Origin: Pseudomonadota bacterium
GTDB taxonomy: Bacteria > Pseudomonadota > Gammaproteobacteria > Pseudomonadales > UBA7434
Direction: 5' to 3'
DNA: 64,000 nt
NCBI GenBank assembly: GCA_036344075.1
Contig: JAYYUJ010000047.1
Span: forward strand, 13,821-77,820
Every line of letters begins with the position of its first letter. Within the stretch, counting starts at the first letter, position 1. The position numbers and the translations under genes were made by a program. Shown here piece after piece: positions 19,225 through 29,226 of this stretch. Below the pieces are notes generated by a model. The model saw nothing but the letters and a program-made list of their open reading frames with translations, had not been told where the DNA came from and did not search any database.

Positions 19225-20541
19225 ATGGATGCTTACAGAGCTGAAATTATCTATTGCACAAATGATCCAAGTAAATTTGGCGAGAGCGCAATTTGCCATT
19301 TTGAGGATGGTCTTTTGGTGGTTAACTCATCTGGTGAGATTGTAGCATGCGGTGAAGCAAAAACATTGCTTAAAGAATGGGGGGGTAATTGTTCTTATAA
19401 TGAGTATAAAAATCATCTCATTGTTCCTGGTTTCATAGATTCGCACATTCATTTTCCACAAACTGAAATGCTAGCTGCACACGGTGAGCAGTTATTATCA
19501 TGGTTGGAGAATTATACTTATCCAGTCGAAGAAAATTTCTGTAATAAATCATACAGCCTAAAGATTGCAAATGTCTTTCTTACAGAGCTCTTAAAAAATG
19601 GTACTACTTCAGCAGTTGTTTTTGGCAGTGTTCACAAGGAGTCAGTAGATGCCCTTTTTGAGCTTTCTTATGAGAAAAATATGCGAATAGTTGCTGGCAA
19701 AGCTCTTATGGATCGGAATGTCCCGCTCGGAGTTAGTGAAAATACTTTAGATGGATTTATTAAATCAAAAGAATTAATTGACCAGTGGCATAATAAAGGT
19801 CGTTTGTCATATGCAGTTACTCCTAGATTTGCCGCTTCATCTTCATATCAGCAGCTTGAGGGATGCAAAAAATTATTAAATGATTATCCAGACTTATATT
19901 TACAAACACATTTATCAGAAAATCATGAAGAGATTGACTTTGTAAAAAAAACTTATCCAACATTTCCAAATTATCTTAGTATCTATGATGAGTTTGACTT
20001 CCTTAGCCGGCCTTCGATTTTTGCACACTGTATACACTTAGAAGAAAAAGAGTGGGATCTTTTATCGAATACAAAAGCTGTTATAAGCCACTGTCCGACA
20101 TCGAATTTATTTTTAGGTTCTGGATTGTTTGATATGAAAAAAAGCCGTAACTTTAATATTCCAGTTACAATAGGAACTGACATAGGAGCTGGAACAAGTT
20201 TTTCTATGATGCAAACTTTCTCTGAGGCCTATAAGATTCAACAATTACAGGGTACATCTTTAAACGGTTTTGACGGCTTATATTTGATGACGTTAGCAGG
20301 TGCGAAGGCCATTAATTTAGATCACAGGATAGGTACTTTGGAAGCTGGAACTGAAGCAGACTTTGTCATTTTGAATTATAACTCAACCCCTTATATGGAA
20401 TTTAGAAATAGCAAATGCGATACAATCCATGACAGGCTTTTTTCTCTTTTGATGCTTGGTGATGATAGGGCCGTTTCTGAGACATATATTATGGGCAAGA
20501 AAAAATTTGATCAGTCAAATTGTAATGATACATATTTATAG
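19225..20541 (+). CDS. guaD: Guanine deaminase
   Basis: PGFIDSHIHFPQTEML, QTHLSEN, HCIHL and GTDIGAG. Confidence 0.85.
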   Translation: MDAYRAEIIYCTNDPSKFGESAICHFEDGLLVVNSSGEIVACGEAKTLLKEWGGNCSYNEYKNHLIVPGFIDSHIHFPQTEMLAAHGEQLLSWLENYTYPVEENFCNKSYSLKIANVFLTELLKNGTTSAVVFGSVHKESVDALFELSYEKNMRIVAGKALMDRNVPLGVSENTLDGFIKSKELIDQWHNKGRLSYAVTPRFAASSSYQQLEGCKKLLNDYPDLYLQTHLSENHEEIDFVKKTYPTFPNYLSIYDEFDFLSRPSIFAHCIHLEEKEWDLLSNTKAVISHCPTSNLFLGSGLFDMKKSRNFNIPVTIGTDIGAGTSFSMMQTFSEAYKIQQLQGTSLNGFDGLYLMTLAGAKAINLDHRIGTLEAGTEADFVILNYNSTPYMEFRNSKCDTIHDRLFSLLMLGDDRAVSETYIMGKKKFDQSNCNDTYL

Positions 20542-20553
20542 GTATTAGAACTT

Positions 20554-21738
20554 ATGCAATCGGATTGGCTAGAAATAATAAATTTAATTTTAAGATACTT
20601 TCACGTTGTCGCTGGTATAGCATGGATCGGTGCGTCATTTTATTTCATATGGCTGGATAATAATCTTGAGGAGCCTGCTAGATTAAAAACTGATATGGGT
20701 ATAAAGGGAGATTTATGGGCGATTCATGGAGGCGGCATTTATGAGGTCTCAAAATATAAATTAGCTCCAAAAGAAATGCCAAGTAAACTGCATTGGTTTA
20801 AATGGGAAGCTTATAGTACATGGATTAGTGGTTTTCTCTTATTAACATTAATATATTACATCAATGCTGATAGCTACTTAATTGATAAAGAAAAAATAAG
20901 CATCACTCAGCCAGTATCAATATTAATAAGTCTAGGAAGTCTTGTTTTTGGTTGGTTGATCTATAACGGATTATGTCGCTCCAAGATTATTAATAATGGA
21001 ATATTTTTTGCTTCAGTCTGTCTGTTAATTATCGGATTATTTAGTTTATTTCTGGATCAAATATTTTCAGATAGAGGCGCTTTTATCCACATAGGGGCTA
21101 TGATAGGAACATGCATGGCAGCAAATGTATGGAGAGTCATCATACCATCTCAAAAGTACCTAGTTAGCTCTATCAATGACGGAACTGAACCAGACCCCAA
21201 GATAAGCGAGCATGCCAAATTAAGGTCAACGCATAATAATTATGTGACATTGCCTTTGTTGTTTTTAATGATCAGCCATCATTACTCTTTCATTTATAGC
21301 CATGAGTTTAGTTGGTTGGCATTGGTTGGTATAGTTTTAATTGGCATGCTGATTAGGCATTACTTTAATTTGCGACATAAAGGAGTTAACAAGCCAGTTT
21401 TCTTTTTGAGCGGTTTTCTCTCTTTTTTAATATTAACCTTCTATTTAATGCCATCACCAAATAGGAATGTGGTTTCGTCAGCTCAGATATCTGACGGACA
21501 AGTAATGTCAATCATAAATATGCATTGCACCAGTTGTCATAGTCGGCGGCCAACAGATGAGGTATTTGCAGTTGCACCCGGCGGTATCTATCTTAATACT
21601 AGAGAAGATTTAATCCGTTGGGAAGATAAAATAATTTCCAGTGCTGTTAAAAGTAATTGGATGCCACTTGCGAACAAAACAAAAATGACTGAAGAGGAAA
21701 GAAAGGTTATATATAGCTGGCTAAAACAACAGAACTAA
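20554..21738 (+). CDS. puuD: Membrane cytochrome c urate hydroxylase PuuD
   Basis: N-terminal FHVVAGIAWIGASFYFIWLDN, a multi-TM body, and a C-terminal CTSCH heme-c motif. Confidence 0.8.
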   Translation: MQSDWLEIINLILRYFHVVAGIAWIGASFYFIWLDNNLEEPARLKTDMGIKGDLWAIHGGGIYEVSKYKLAPKEMPSKLHWFKWEAYSTWISGFLLLTLIYYINADSYLIDKEKISITQPVSILISLGSLVFGWLIYNGLCRSKIINNGIFFASVCLLIIGLFSLFLDQIFSDRGAFIHIGAMIGTCMAANVWRVIIPSQKYLVSSINDGTEPDPKISEHAKLRSTHNNYVTLPLLFLMISHHYSFIYSHEFSWLALVGIVLIGMLIRHYFNLRHKGVNKPVFFLSGFLSFLILTFYLMPSPNRNVVSSAQISDGQVMSIINMHCTSCHSRRPTDEVFAVAPGGIYLNTREDLIRWEDKIISSAVKSNWMPLANKTKMTEEERKVIYSWLKQQN

Positions 21739-21763
21739 AATTATCTTGCATAAATTTAGAGAG

Positions 21764-22663
21764 TCATTTATGAGAATCAGATATTCGCCTACTTAAGAAC
21801 TCGCTAACTAAGACTTTTTCATAATTTGAATTTTCATTATTACATCTTGAATGATTGAGACTTTCGACTACTACATCTGAGTCTGGATCTAAAAAAACTG
21901 CAATTGAAAATCTCCTAGATCTTCCAGGACTGGTGGTTACTCTGTGAAGAACTGATGGGAAGTGCCCATTAGTCCAAATCTCCATAAGATCGCCGGTATT
22001 TATAATGACTTCATTTATATTTGAATTCAGTTGAATCCATTCATTCTCAATAAATATCTCAAGTCCACCTATACCTTCTGAAAAGAGAAGAGTTATTGCA
22101 CCATAATCTGTATGAGCACCTGCCCCAAATTGATTATTGAGGGGTTCAGAATTATTAGGATAGTGTAGTAGCCTGATGGTTATATTTTCTCCTGTATGTA
22201 AACTATTAAAAAATCCTGTTGTAATGCCTAAATAATTCTCTATACAAAGAAAAATTTTTCTAGAAGCCTCTAAGACGTCAAAATAAAAGAGAAGTAATGC
22301 TTGTCTAAATTGAGCGGATGGAAAATTTTCAACAGGATGCTGACCTGGATTTCGAAGAGTAAGTGTTTCTTTAAGATCTGGTTGTGAGTCACTATTTAAA
22401 CGCTCAGAGTTAATATTCTGGTAGCCAAAATTACTTTTAGCAGAGCTGTAAGCAAATTGATTTTTTTCTTCTTCATCCATATTAAAAAAATCTTTGCTCG
22501 CCTTAAAAAGATTTTCCAAATACTCTTTGTTTATACCCAAGTTTTCTATTATAAGGAAACCCGATTGTGAAAGTTTAGTTCCAATTTCGTTACTAAGATC
22601 TTTAGTACCATTTGAAGTCTTACTATAAGAAGAAAAATCAATTGAAGGGGTATTCTTTACCAT
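21764..22663 (-). CDS. 2-oxoglutarate/Fe(II)-dependent oxygenase (IPNS-like family)
   Basis: HTDYGAITLLF (HxD), PSVLHRV (distal His) and RRFSIAVF (RxS). It lies 3 nt downstream of uraD. Confidence 0.75.
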   Translation of the reverse strand: MVKNTPSIDFSSYSKTSNGTKDLSNEIGTKLSQSGFLIIENLGINKEYLENLFKASKDFFNMDEEEKNQFAYSSAKSNFGYQNINSERLNSDSQPDLKETLTLRNPGQHPVENFPSAQFRQALLLFYFDVLEASRKIFLCIENYLGITTGFFNSLHTGENITIRLLHYPNNSEPLNNQFGAGAHTDYGAITLLFSEGIGGLEIFIENEWIQLNSNINEVIINTGDLMEIWTNGHFPSVLHRVTTSPGRSRRFSIAVFLDPDSDVVVESLNHSRCNNENSNYEKVLVSEFLSRRISDSHK

Positions 22664-22666
22664 TTT

Positions 22667-23164
22667 TTAGCCTTGGTCAAAAAAAATATTAATTCTATGG
22701 TTAGTGATCTTATTTTGTTGAATAGCAGCATTCACTAATTCTTGCTCAGTGGTATTCAATAATCTCTTTTTTAAAATTTCAGCCATTTGATTTGCTGTTT
22801 TTCCTGTGGCAAAAACGATGAATATAAATCCATTCTTTAATTCATAGGTCTTATTCATTTCAAAAAGCTGTTTGATGACTGACTCGTCCGCATCGATAAT
22901 TTGACCTTGTTCTTTCCTGGCTTTCGAATACTTGTTTTTTATAGAAGAAATGTCTCCGATTTTGGCATGGCTTGAAAAAGCCTCCATTAGATCTTCCTCT
23001 TCAGATCGGCTCCAAACTTCTTTAGAGTCATTTAACATTTGTTCTATATCAATAAAAGGCCTTTTATTGATCATTGATTTTACCCATTTCTTTGATGAGC
23101 AAAATTCTAGGAGCACATTTTTGGCATCTTCGTTGTTTAATAGATTGAACTCTTCAAGGGTCAT
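22667..23164 (-). CDS. uraD: OHCU decarboxylase
   Basis: 165 aa. The N-terminus (FNLLNNEDAKNVLLEFCSSKKWV) and HAKIGD match the family's HPxIG region. ATGA overlap with xdhC. Confidence 0.8.
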   Translation of the reverse strand: MTLEEFNLLNNEDAKNVLLEFCSSKKWVKSMINKRPFIDIEQMLNDSKEVWSRSEEEDLMEAFSSHAKIGDISSIKNKYSKARKEQGQIIDADESVIKQLFEMNKTYELKNGFIFIVFATGKTANQMAEILKKRLLNTTEQELVNAAIQQNKITNHRINIFFDQG

Positions 23165-24012
23165 CTTAAAGGTATCACTTCATGACTTAGGTTTAATTCT
23201 TTTTTTAAGGTTTTCCAATCTAAAAGATTTGAATCCTTTCGATTTCCGGTGAGGGATAGTAGATATGCAGCAACAGAAATAGCAATTTCTTTTGGCTTTT
23301 TGCTCTTTATGCCTTCAATTCCAATGGGGCATTGAAAACGATTTACATCATCAGGATGCAAGCCATCATTTTTTAATCGGGCGCGGAATTTTCTAGATTT
23401 ATTACTTGAGCCAATTAAACCGACATAGGACCATCTCCAATCATCGAGTAGTTTTTTCATTAATAGGTAATCTAATTCGTGATCATGTGTTAAAATTAAA
23501 ACATAACTTCCTTCATCTAGATTGTTTATTTCATTATCTGGCTTTTCAATGTAGTCTGGCATTCTTTTACTACTAACTGCCGATGAGAACGATTTCCTCG
23601 AATCAAACCATGATATTTCAAAGTCCAGGTCTCCTATAATTTGTACTAATTCATGGGCTATATGCCCGCCACCAAAGATAGCAAGAGGAATTTTGTTAAA
23701 AATAAATGTTTCAATTAACACAGTCATGGTACCACCACAACATTGTTTGCACGATGAAGACAGATAAAATTCTTTTATCTCTTGCGAAGCGCAATTATTG
23801 TTAAGCAATTCTCGAGCGCGATTAATAATTTGAAACTCTAATTTCCCACCACCTATTGAGTCATAAGTATTCTCAGTTGTGATTACCATCTTTGAACCTG
23901 ACCCTCTAGGTGATGATCCTGATGACGATATTACCGTCGCAAGTGCATGCGGATGATTAAGCTTTGTAAGTTTTGAAATTACATCACTCCAAGGTGTCGA
24001 TAGCATAGTCAT
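23161..24012 (-). CDS. xdhC: Xanthine dehydrogenase accessory protein XdhC
   Basis: 283 aa with GGGHIAHELVQI in a Rossmann-like segment, positioned directly after xdhB. Confidence 0.8.
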   Translation of the reverse strand: MTMLSTPWSDVISKLTKLNHPHALATVISSSGSSPRGSGSKMVITTENTYDSIGGGKLEFQIINRARELLNNNCASQEIKEFYLSSSCKQCCGGTMTVLIETFIFNKIPLAIFGGGHIAHELVQIIGDLDFEISWFDSRKSFSSAVSSKRMPDYIEKPDNEINNLDEGSYVLILTHDHELDYLLMKKLLDDWRWSYVGLIGSSNKSRKFRARLKNDGLHPDDVNRFQCPIGIEGIKSKKPKEIAISVAAYLLSLTGNRKDSNLLDWKTLKKELNLSHEVIPLR

Positions 24013-24027
24013 TTTTTTAATTCACCT

Positions 24028-26361
24028 CTATGAAGTCATTTTATTTTTTAAAGCGTCTTCAGCGGCAAAAAAAACTGATTCATTAGTCGCTGGTGCGGAG
24101 AGGGATGGACTGTATTTATAGTTTGAAAGGCTTGAGCATGCGTCTCTTATTGCACACCAAGTTGATATGGCAAGCATAAAAGGCGGTTCACCGACTGCTT
24201 TAGACTTATGTATTGTTTCTTCAGTGTTATCTTGATTATAAAGTTCAACATTGAAAATGGATGGAGTATCAAAAGCAGTGGGTATTTTATAGGTTGCAGG
24301 ACCTTGACAATTGATCTTTCCTTTTTCATCCCAATTTAAATCTTCTGTGGTCAACCAGCCCATCCCTTGTATGAACCCTCCTTCTATTTGGCCTATGTCA
24401 ATACCGGGATTTAATGATTTTCCTGTATCATGGAGAATATCAACTTGATTCACCCTGTATTGCCCTGTAGTGATATCAATTGTAACTTCAGAGCAAGCCG
24501 CGCCATTAGCAAAATAATAAAATGGTCTTCCCTTGCCTGTATCAGGGTCAAACCAGATCTTAGGAGTTTTGTAGTATCCTGTTGAGCTTAGTTGAATTCT
24601 GTTTAGATATGCTAAATTTATAAAATCTTCAAAAGGTATTTTCTCCTTCCCAGCGATAATATGATTGTTTTTGAAATAAATTGAAGATTCATCGATGTTA
24701 AAGTAACTCACAGCAAAATTAACTAATTTTTTCTTTATCTGATTACAAGCATCTAATGCAGCCATGCCATTCATATCTGATCCTGAAGAGGCAGCTGTTG
24801 GTGATGTGTTCGGAACCTTATCTGTCCTTGTTGCTGAAGATTTAACTCGTTCAATAGAAACCCCAAAAGCGTTTGCGACAACTTGTTGGACCTTGATAAA
24901 TAAACCTTGGCCCATTTCTGTACCGCCATGGTTTAACAAGATACTACCATCGGTATAAATATGAACTAACGCCCCAGCTTGATTTAAATGTTTTGACGTA
25001 AAAGAGATCCCAAATTTCACGGGTGTCAGTGCAATACCTTTCTTGAGGTATTCATTAGTTTGGTTAAATTCTATAATTTCACGACGCCTCAGCCAATAAT
25101 CTGATTGATCCTCTAATTTTTCAATGAGCGGCAGCAAAATATTCTCATCAACTTCTTGACCATAGGGTGTAGTATCGCCTGGCTTGTATAGGTTTTTTTT
25201 CCTTACAATTAATGGATCAAGTCCTATCTTTCGGGCTATATCATCTATCATTGATTCGCATGCAAGCATGCCTTGAGGCCCACCGAATCCTCTAAATGCT
25301 GTATTTGATGCTTTGTTTGTTTTGCAAAAATGGCCTTTTATTTGTACATTTGGATATTGGTATGCATTATCAGCATGAAACATGGCTCTTTGAACAATTC
25401 CAATTGAAAGATCCATAGAGCATCCACAATCAGCATATAAGTCAATATCAACTGCTTCTATTTTACCGTTTCCGTCGAAACCAACTTTGTATGAAGAAAG
25501 GAATGGATGACGTTTGCCTGTCTGTATAAAATCATCCCTACGATTCATTCGATGCTTAACAGGCCGGTTGCATCTCATTGCAAAAAGTGCCGCAATACAA
25601 GCGGTAATCGCTGCTTGGGATTCTTTTCCCCCAAAGGCCCCGCCCATACGCCTCACTTCGGTTTGAATACTGTGTAATGGAAGGTCAAGAACTTCTGAGA
25701 CAAGTTTTTGTATTTCACTAGGGTGTTGGCTTGAGCTATGTATAGTTATGCTATCTTCACTGGGAACAGCAAGCGCCACTTGGCTTTCAAGGTAGAAATG
25801 TTCTTGGCTAGGTATTTGAAGTTCAGACTCAAGAATGTTTGCTGATTTTTTAATTGAATTTTTAGCGTCACCAGATTTAAAAATTTTAGGTGGCATGAGA
25901 TACGAGTTTTTCTTTTTGGATTCAGCTATGTCAATTATTGGTTCCAGATTTTCATATTCCACAACTGCTAAGGCAACGGCTTTATGGGCTGCCTTGTAAG
26001 ACAAAGCAGCAACAGCAAATATTATTTGCCCATAAAAATTCACTGTTTGATCAGCTAGGAGAGGATCACCATCAAAAACTGGTGCTATATCATTTAGACC
26101 GGGTATATCTGAACTAATGATTACGTCGATAACGTCCTTGGCATTTCTTACTTTTGATAAATCGATTTTTTTAATTTTTGCATGTGCTTGGGTTGAAAAA
26201 CCAGTCGCCACATGAAGTAAACCTTCTTGCTCAGATATATCATCAACGTATTTAGCGCAGCCACTGACATGCTTAATCGCAGAGTCATGTATGATAGCTT
26301 CACCGATTATGGATGAGTTATTATCCAACGTGCCTTTAGTGTGATGATTAATTTTTCGCAT
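24028..26361 (-). CDS. xdhB: Xanthine dehydrogenase molybdopterin-binding subunit
   Basis: 777 aa with RRMGGAFGGKE, FRGFGGPQG, GGTEMGQG and KAVGEPP. Confidence 0.95.
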   Translation of the reverse strand: MRKINHHTKGTLDNNSSIIGEAIIHDSAIKHVSGCAKYVDDISEQEGLLHVATGFSTQAHAKIKKIDLSKVRNAKDVIDVIISSDIPGLNDIAPVFDGDPLLADQTVNFYGQIIFAVAALSYKAAHKAVALAVVEYENLEPIIDIAESKKKNSYLMPPKIFKSGDAKNSIKKSANILESELQIPSQEHFYLESQVALAVPSEDSITIHSSSQHPSEIQKLVSEVLDLPLHSIQTEVRRMGGAFGGKESQAAITACIAALFAMRCNRPVKHRMNRRDDFIQTGKRHPFLSSYKVGFDGNGKIEAVDIDLYADCGCSMDLSIGIVQRAMFHADNAYQYPNVQIKGHFCKTNKASNTAFRGFGGPQGMLACESMIDDIARKIGLDPLIVRKKNLYKPGDTTPYGQEVDENILLPLIEKLEDQSDYWLRRREIIEFNQTNEYLKKGIALTPVKFGISFTSKHLNQAGALVHIYTDGSILLNHGGTEMGQGLFIKVQQVVANAFGVSIERVKSSATRTDKVPNTSPTAASSGSDMNGMAALDACNQIKKKLVNFAVSYFNIDESSIYFKNNHIIAGKEKIPFEDFINLAYLNRIQLSSTGYYKTPKIWFDPDTGKGRPFYYFANGAACSEVTIDITTGQYRVNQVDILHDTGKSLNPGIDIGQIEGGFIQGMGWLTTEDLNWDEKGKINCQGPATYKIPTAFDTPSIFNVELYNQDNTEETIHKSKAVGEPPFMLAISTWCAIRDACSSLSNYKYSPSLSAPATNESVFFAAEDALKNKMTS

Positions 26362-27853
26362 TAGGTGATTTCTTTAAAGGGAAAATAATCGAATTACTTT
26401 TAAACACATCTGTTGGTTTTAAACCATTTATCTCTAGAATAGCTCTCTTGATGAGATTCTTAGCCATAGACTTCCGATATGATTTTGAACCTCGAACATC
26501 ACTTATTGGGTTTATTTCAGAATCAATGATGCTATTAATATCGTCAAAACTTAAGTCATCAATTCTTTTGTCAATCAAAAAAGCTTCAGTTTTTGTCGCT
26601 CTTATAGGAATTTCTGCGACACCACCAAAAGCTAACTTTGAATCTATAATTTTTTGGTTGCTTAATTTAAGAGTGATGGCCATCATTATTGTAGAGATAT
26701 CATCTTCATATCGTTTTGAAATTTTGAAAAAACTTGAGTGCTCTTCCATTGATTCTTTCGGTACTTTGATATTAGAAATATACTCGTTTGGCGCCAGTGA
26801 TGTGACTCGGTAGCTTTTATAAAAGTCTTTTATAGGTATCATTCTTTCCTTATTGGAAGAATCCTTAATTATAATTTCTGCATTCCAACTAAGTAAAATT
26901 GGTGGAAGATCAGCAATTGGAGATGCGTTAGCGATATTTCCGCCTACGGTGCCACGATTCCTTATTTGCGTGGAACCAATTTGCCCAATAAATTTTCTGA
27001 ATTTGAGAGGCAACAATTCATTTTTTTCTAGCTGCTCGTATGTAACACAGGGGCCAATGTGTATATGATCATCAATTAATAAAATTTGCTTCAATGAATC
27101 AATGCGACTTATATCAATGATCGATATAAATTCTTCAAAATCTTGAGTTATTTTTAATGTCTTATCCGTTCCGCCAGCGAAGATTTCTGGTTTAGGAATA
27201 TCTTTCAACAGTTTTTGCAGTTCATCTTCATTTCTTGGGATTAAATAATTTTTATTAGCGCTGGTTAACGCGTCCTCTTTAGGAAACGATTCGATGATTA
27301 GATTTTGGTTGTGATGAGTCAATTTTTCAGTTATTGCTTTCTCAGCTGCTTTGAGTATTGACTTATAGCCAGTACAGCGGCACAGATTACCTGAAATAGC
27401 ATCTAAAGTTTTGTCCAGATCAAATTTTTTTTCGTTATAGATTTTTTGATTTTCAAGCAGGCATGTAAGCGACATAACGAAGCCAGGCGTACAGAACCCA
27501 CATTGCGATCCATGACACTCAACCATTGATTGTTGAATAGCGTTCAGCTGATTTTTTTTTAAGCTGATAGTTTGGTGAGAATCATTGTTTTTGGTGCTTG
27601 AATCCAGAGCCTCAACAGTGAAAATATTTTTCTCTGCAAAGCTTCCTAATAAACTGATGCAAGCATTTACGGTTTCGAATCCTCCTTTTTCATTGTTTGA
27701 AATGACAGTGCATGCGCCGCAATCACCTGACGCACATCCTTCCTTAGTTCCCTTTAAACCACAATCATGCCTGATAAAATCTAGGAGTGTCTGATTTGGG
27801 TCAAAGCTTTCGTCTCGAATTGAGTAGCATTTTCCATTTAAAAAGAGCTTCAC
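26348..27853 (-). CDS. xdhA: Xanthine dehydrogenase small subunit (2Fe-2S + FAD)
   Basis: GCASGDCGACTV, CHGSQCGFCTPG, CRCTGY, and FAD-domain RNRGTVGGNIANASP. Confidence 0.95.
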   Translation of the reverse strand: MKLFLNGKCYSIRDESFDPNQTLLDFIRHDCGLKGTKEGCASGDCGACTVISNNEKGGFETVNACISLLGSFAEKNIFTVEALDSSTKNNDSHQTISLKKNQLNAIQQSMVECHGSQCGFCTPGFVMSLTCLLENQKIYNEKKFDLDKTLDAISGNLCRCTGYKSILKAAEKAITEKLTHHNQNLIIESFPKEDALTSANKNYLIPRNEDELQKLLKDIPKPEIFAGGTDKTLKITQDFEEFISIIDISRIDSLKQILLIDDHIHIGPCVTYEQLEKNELLPLKFRKFIGQIGSTQIRNRGTVGGNIANASPIADLPPILLSWNAEIIIKDSSNKERMIPIKDFYKSYRVTSLAPNEYISNIKVPKESMEEHSSFFKISKRYEDDISTIMMAITLKLSNQKIIDSKLAFGGVAEIPIRATKTEAFLIDKRIDDLSFDDINSIIDSEINPISDVRGSKSYRKSMAKNLIKRAILEINGLKPTDVFKSNSIIFPLKKSPNAKN

Positions 27854-27962
27854 TTCTTGATTTATACCTTTGTTTTTAATGTATTATTTTCCGTAATAAT
27901 GTGATCTTGATGTGGTTTTCAATTACAAAAAAAATTTAATGACGACTAGATTTAACCAATAC

Positions 27963-27978
27963 TTGACCAACTAGTCAA
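27963..27978. promoter_or_regulatory. RutR-type operator (TTGACCAACTAGTCAA) overlapping a candidate -35
   Basis: 15 of 16 positions match TTGACCAnnTGGTCAA. It lies in the 288-bp xdhA/puuE divergent region. The left half TTGACC plus an 18-nt spacer plus AATAAT (27987-27992) reads as a plus-strand sigma70-like promoter. Confidence 0.6.
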
Positions 27979-28141
27979 TATTTTAGAATAATGGGACTCA
28001 TATATTTTTTACCCTGTTATAGAAAAAATCTGATTTTTCGAAATTTTAAAAATTCATGTATCTAACTCTACACCCCATAGTGATGAGACGTTAGCATTCA
28101 GATATAGTTAATCTTAATAGATTTTTTTGAGATAGATAGCC

Positions 28142-29053
28142 ATGGTTACGAGTCAAAACAAATACCCTAGGGACATGATAGGTTATGGAGCGAAGCTACC
28201 TGATATAAAGCTCCCTGGGGATGCGAGGATTGCAGTTCAATTTGTCTTGAATTATGAGGAGGGCGGAGAAAATTCTGTTCTCCATGGTGATGGAGCCTCA
28301 GAGACCTTTTTATCAGAAATTATCGGTGCAAGAGCTTATGAAGATCGTCATATGAGTATGGAGTCTCTCTACGAATATGGAAGTCGTGCAGGGTTTTGGC
28401 GTGCCCATGATTTTTTTGTTGAGCAAAATATACCATTAACAGTTTTTGGTGTTGGTATGGCTTTAGAGCGAAATCCTGAAGCTGTTAGAGCCATGCTTAA
28501 TGCTAACTGGGAAATTGCCTGTCACGGGTATCGCTGGATTGATCATCAATTTATGCCAAGAGAGGTCGAAAGAAATCAAATAGCAAAAGCAATGGAGACA
28601 CATTTAGCTGTAACAGGAGCGCTTCCTGTCGGTTGGTACACAGGTAGAGATAGTCCAAATACTCGAACCCTTGTATTAGAGCATGAAAATATTCTATATG
28701 ATTCTGATTCCTATGCAGATGACCTTCCATATTGGGTAAAAGGTCCAAAAGCTCCACATCTTGTTATTCCATATACGTTAGACACCAATGATATGCGCTT
28801 TGCTACGGCTCAGGGGTTTAATTCAGGTGAACAATTCTTTCAATATATCAAAGACGCTTTCGATATCCTTTATGAGGAGGGCGAAAAGACACCTAAGCTT
28901 TTAAACATTGGTTTGCATTGCAGAATTATTGGACGTCCAGCTAGATTCAAAGCGCTCAAAAAGTTCGTTTCGTATATTAAATCAAAATCTAATGTCTGGA
29001 TTTGTAAGCGTGAGGACATTGCCTATCATTGGCATGAGAATCATCAACCATAA
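28142..29053 (+). CDS. puuE: Allantoinase PuuE (polysaccharide-deacetylase fold)
   Basis: YPRDMIGYG..., IAVQFVLNYEEGGENSVLHGD, and HGYRWIDH. Confidence 0.85.
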   Translation: MVTSQNKYPRDMIGYGAKLPDIKLPGDARIAVQFVLNYEEGGENSVLHGDGASETFLSEIIGARAYEDRHMSMESLYEYGSRAGFWRAHDFFVEQNIPLTVFGVGMALERNPEAVRAMLNANWEIACHGYRWIDHQFMPREVERNQIAKAMETHLAVTGALPVGWYTGRDSPNTRTLVLEHENILYDSDSYADDLPYWVKGPKAPHLVIPYTLDTNDMRFATAQGFNSGEQFFQYIKDAFDILYEEGEKTPKLLNIGLHCRIIGRPARFKALKKFVSYIKSKSNVWICKREDIAYHWHENHQP

Positions 29054-29226
29054 AAAACCTAGCTTTTTTTGTTTAGTTTATCTTCAACATATTCCCCATT
29101 AAAGCTGCATCTTAATTACCCCGATTAAAAAATCTTTTATTTTTTGTCTTGATATAAAAAATGGCACAGTCTGTGCAAGATGGTAAATGAATTTACTTTT
29201 TTCTTAAAAAAAAGGGGAATAATATC

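Noticed and set aside
29054-29226. Possible purine riboswitch upstream of the TBDR gene, and likewise at 31783-31920 upstream of the NAT permease
   Set aside because: The conserved purine-riboswitch core strings (UAUAAU..GAUAUGG..UUUCUACC..CCGUAAA..GACUAUG) are not present, and only an incidental GATATAA...TGGCAC resemblance is seen.
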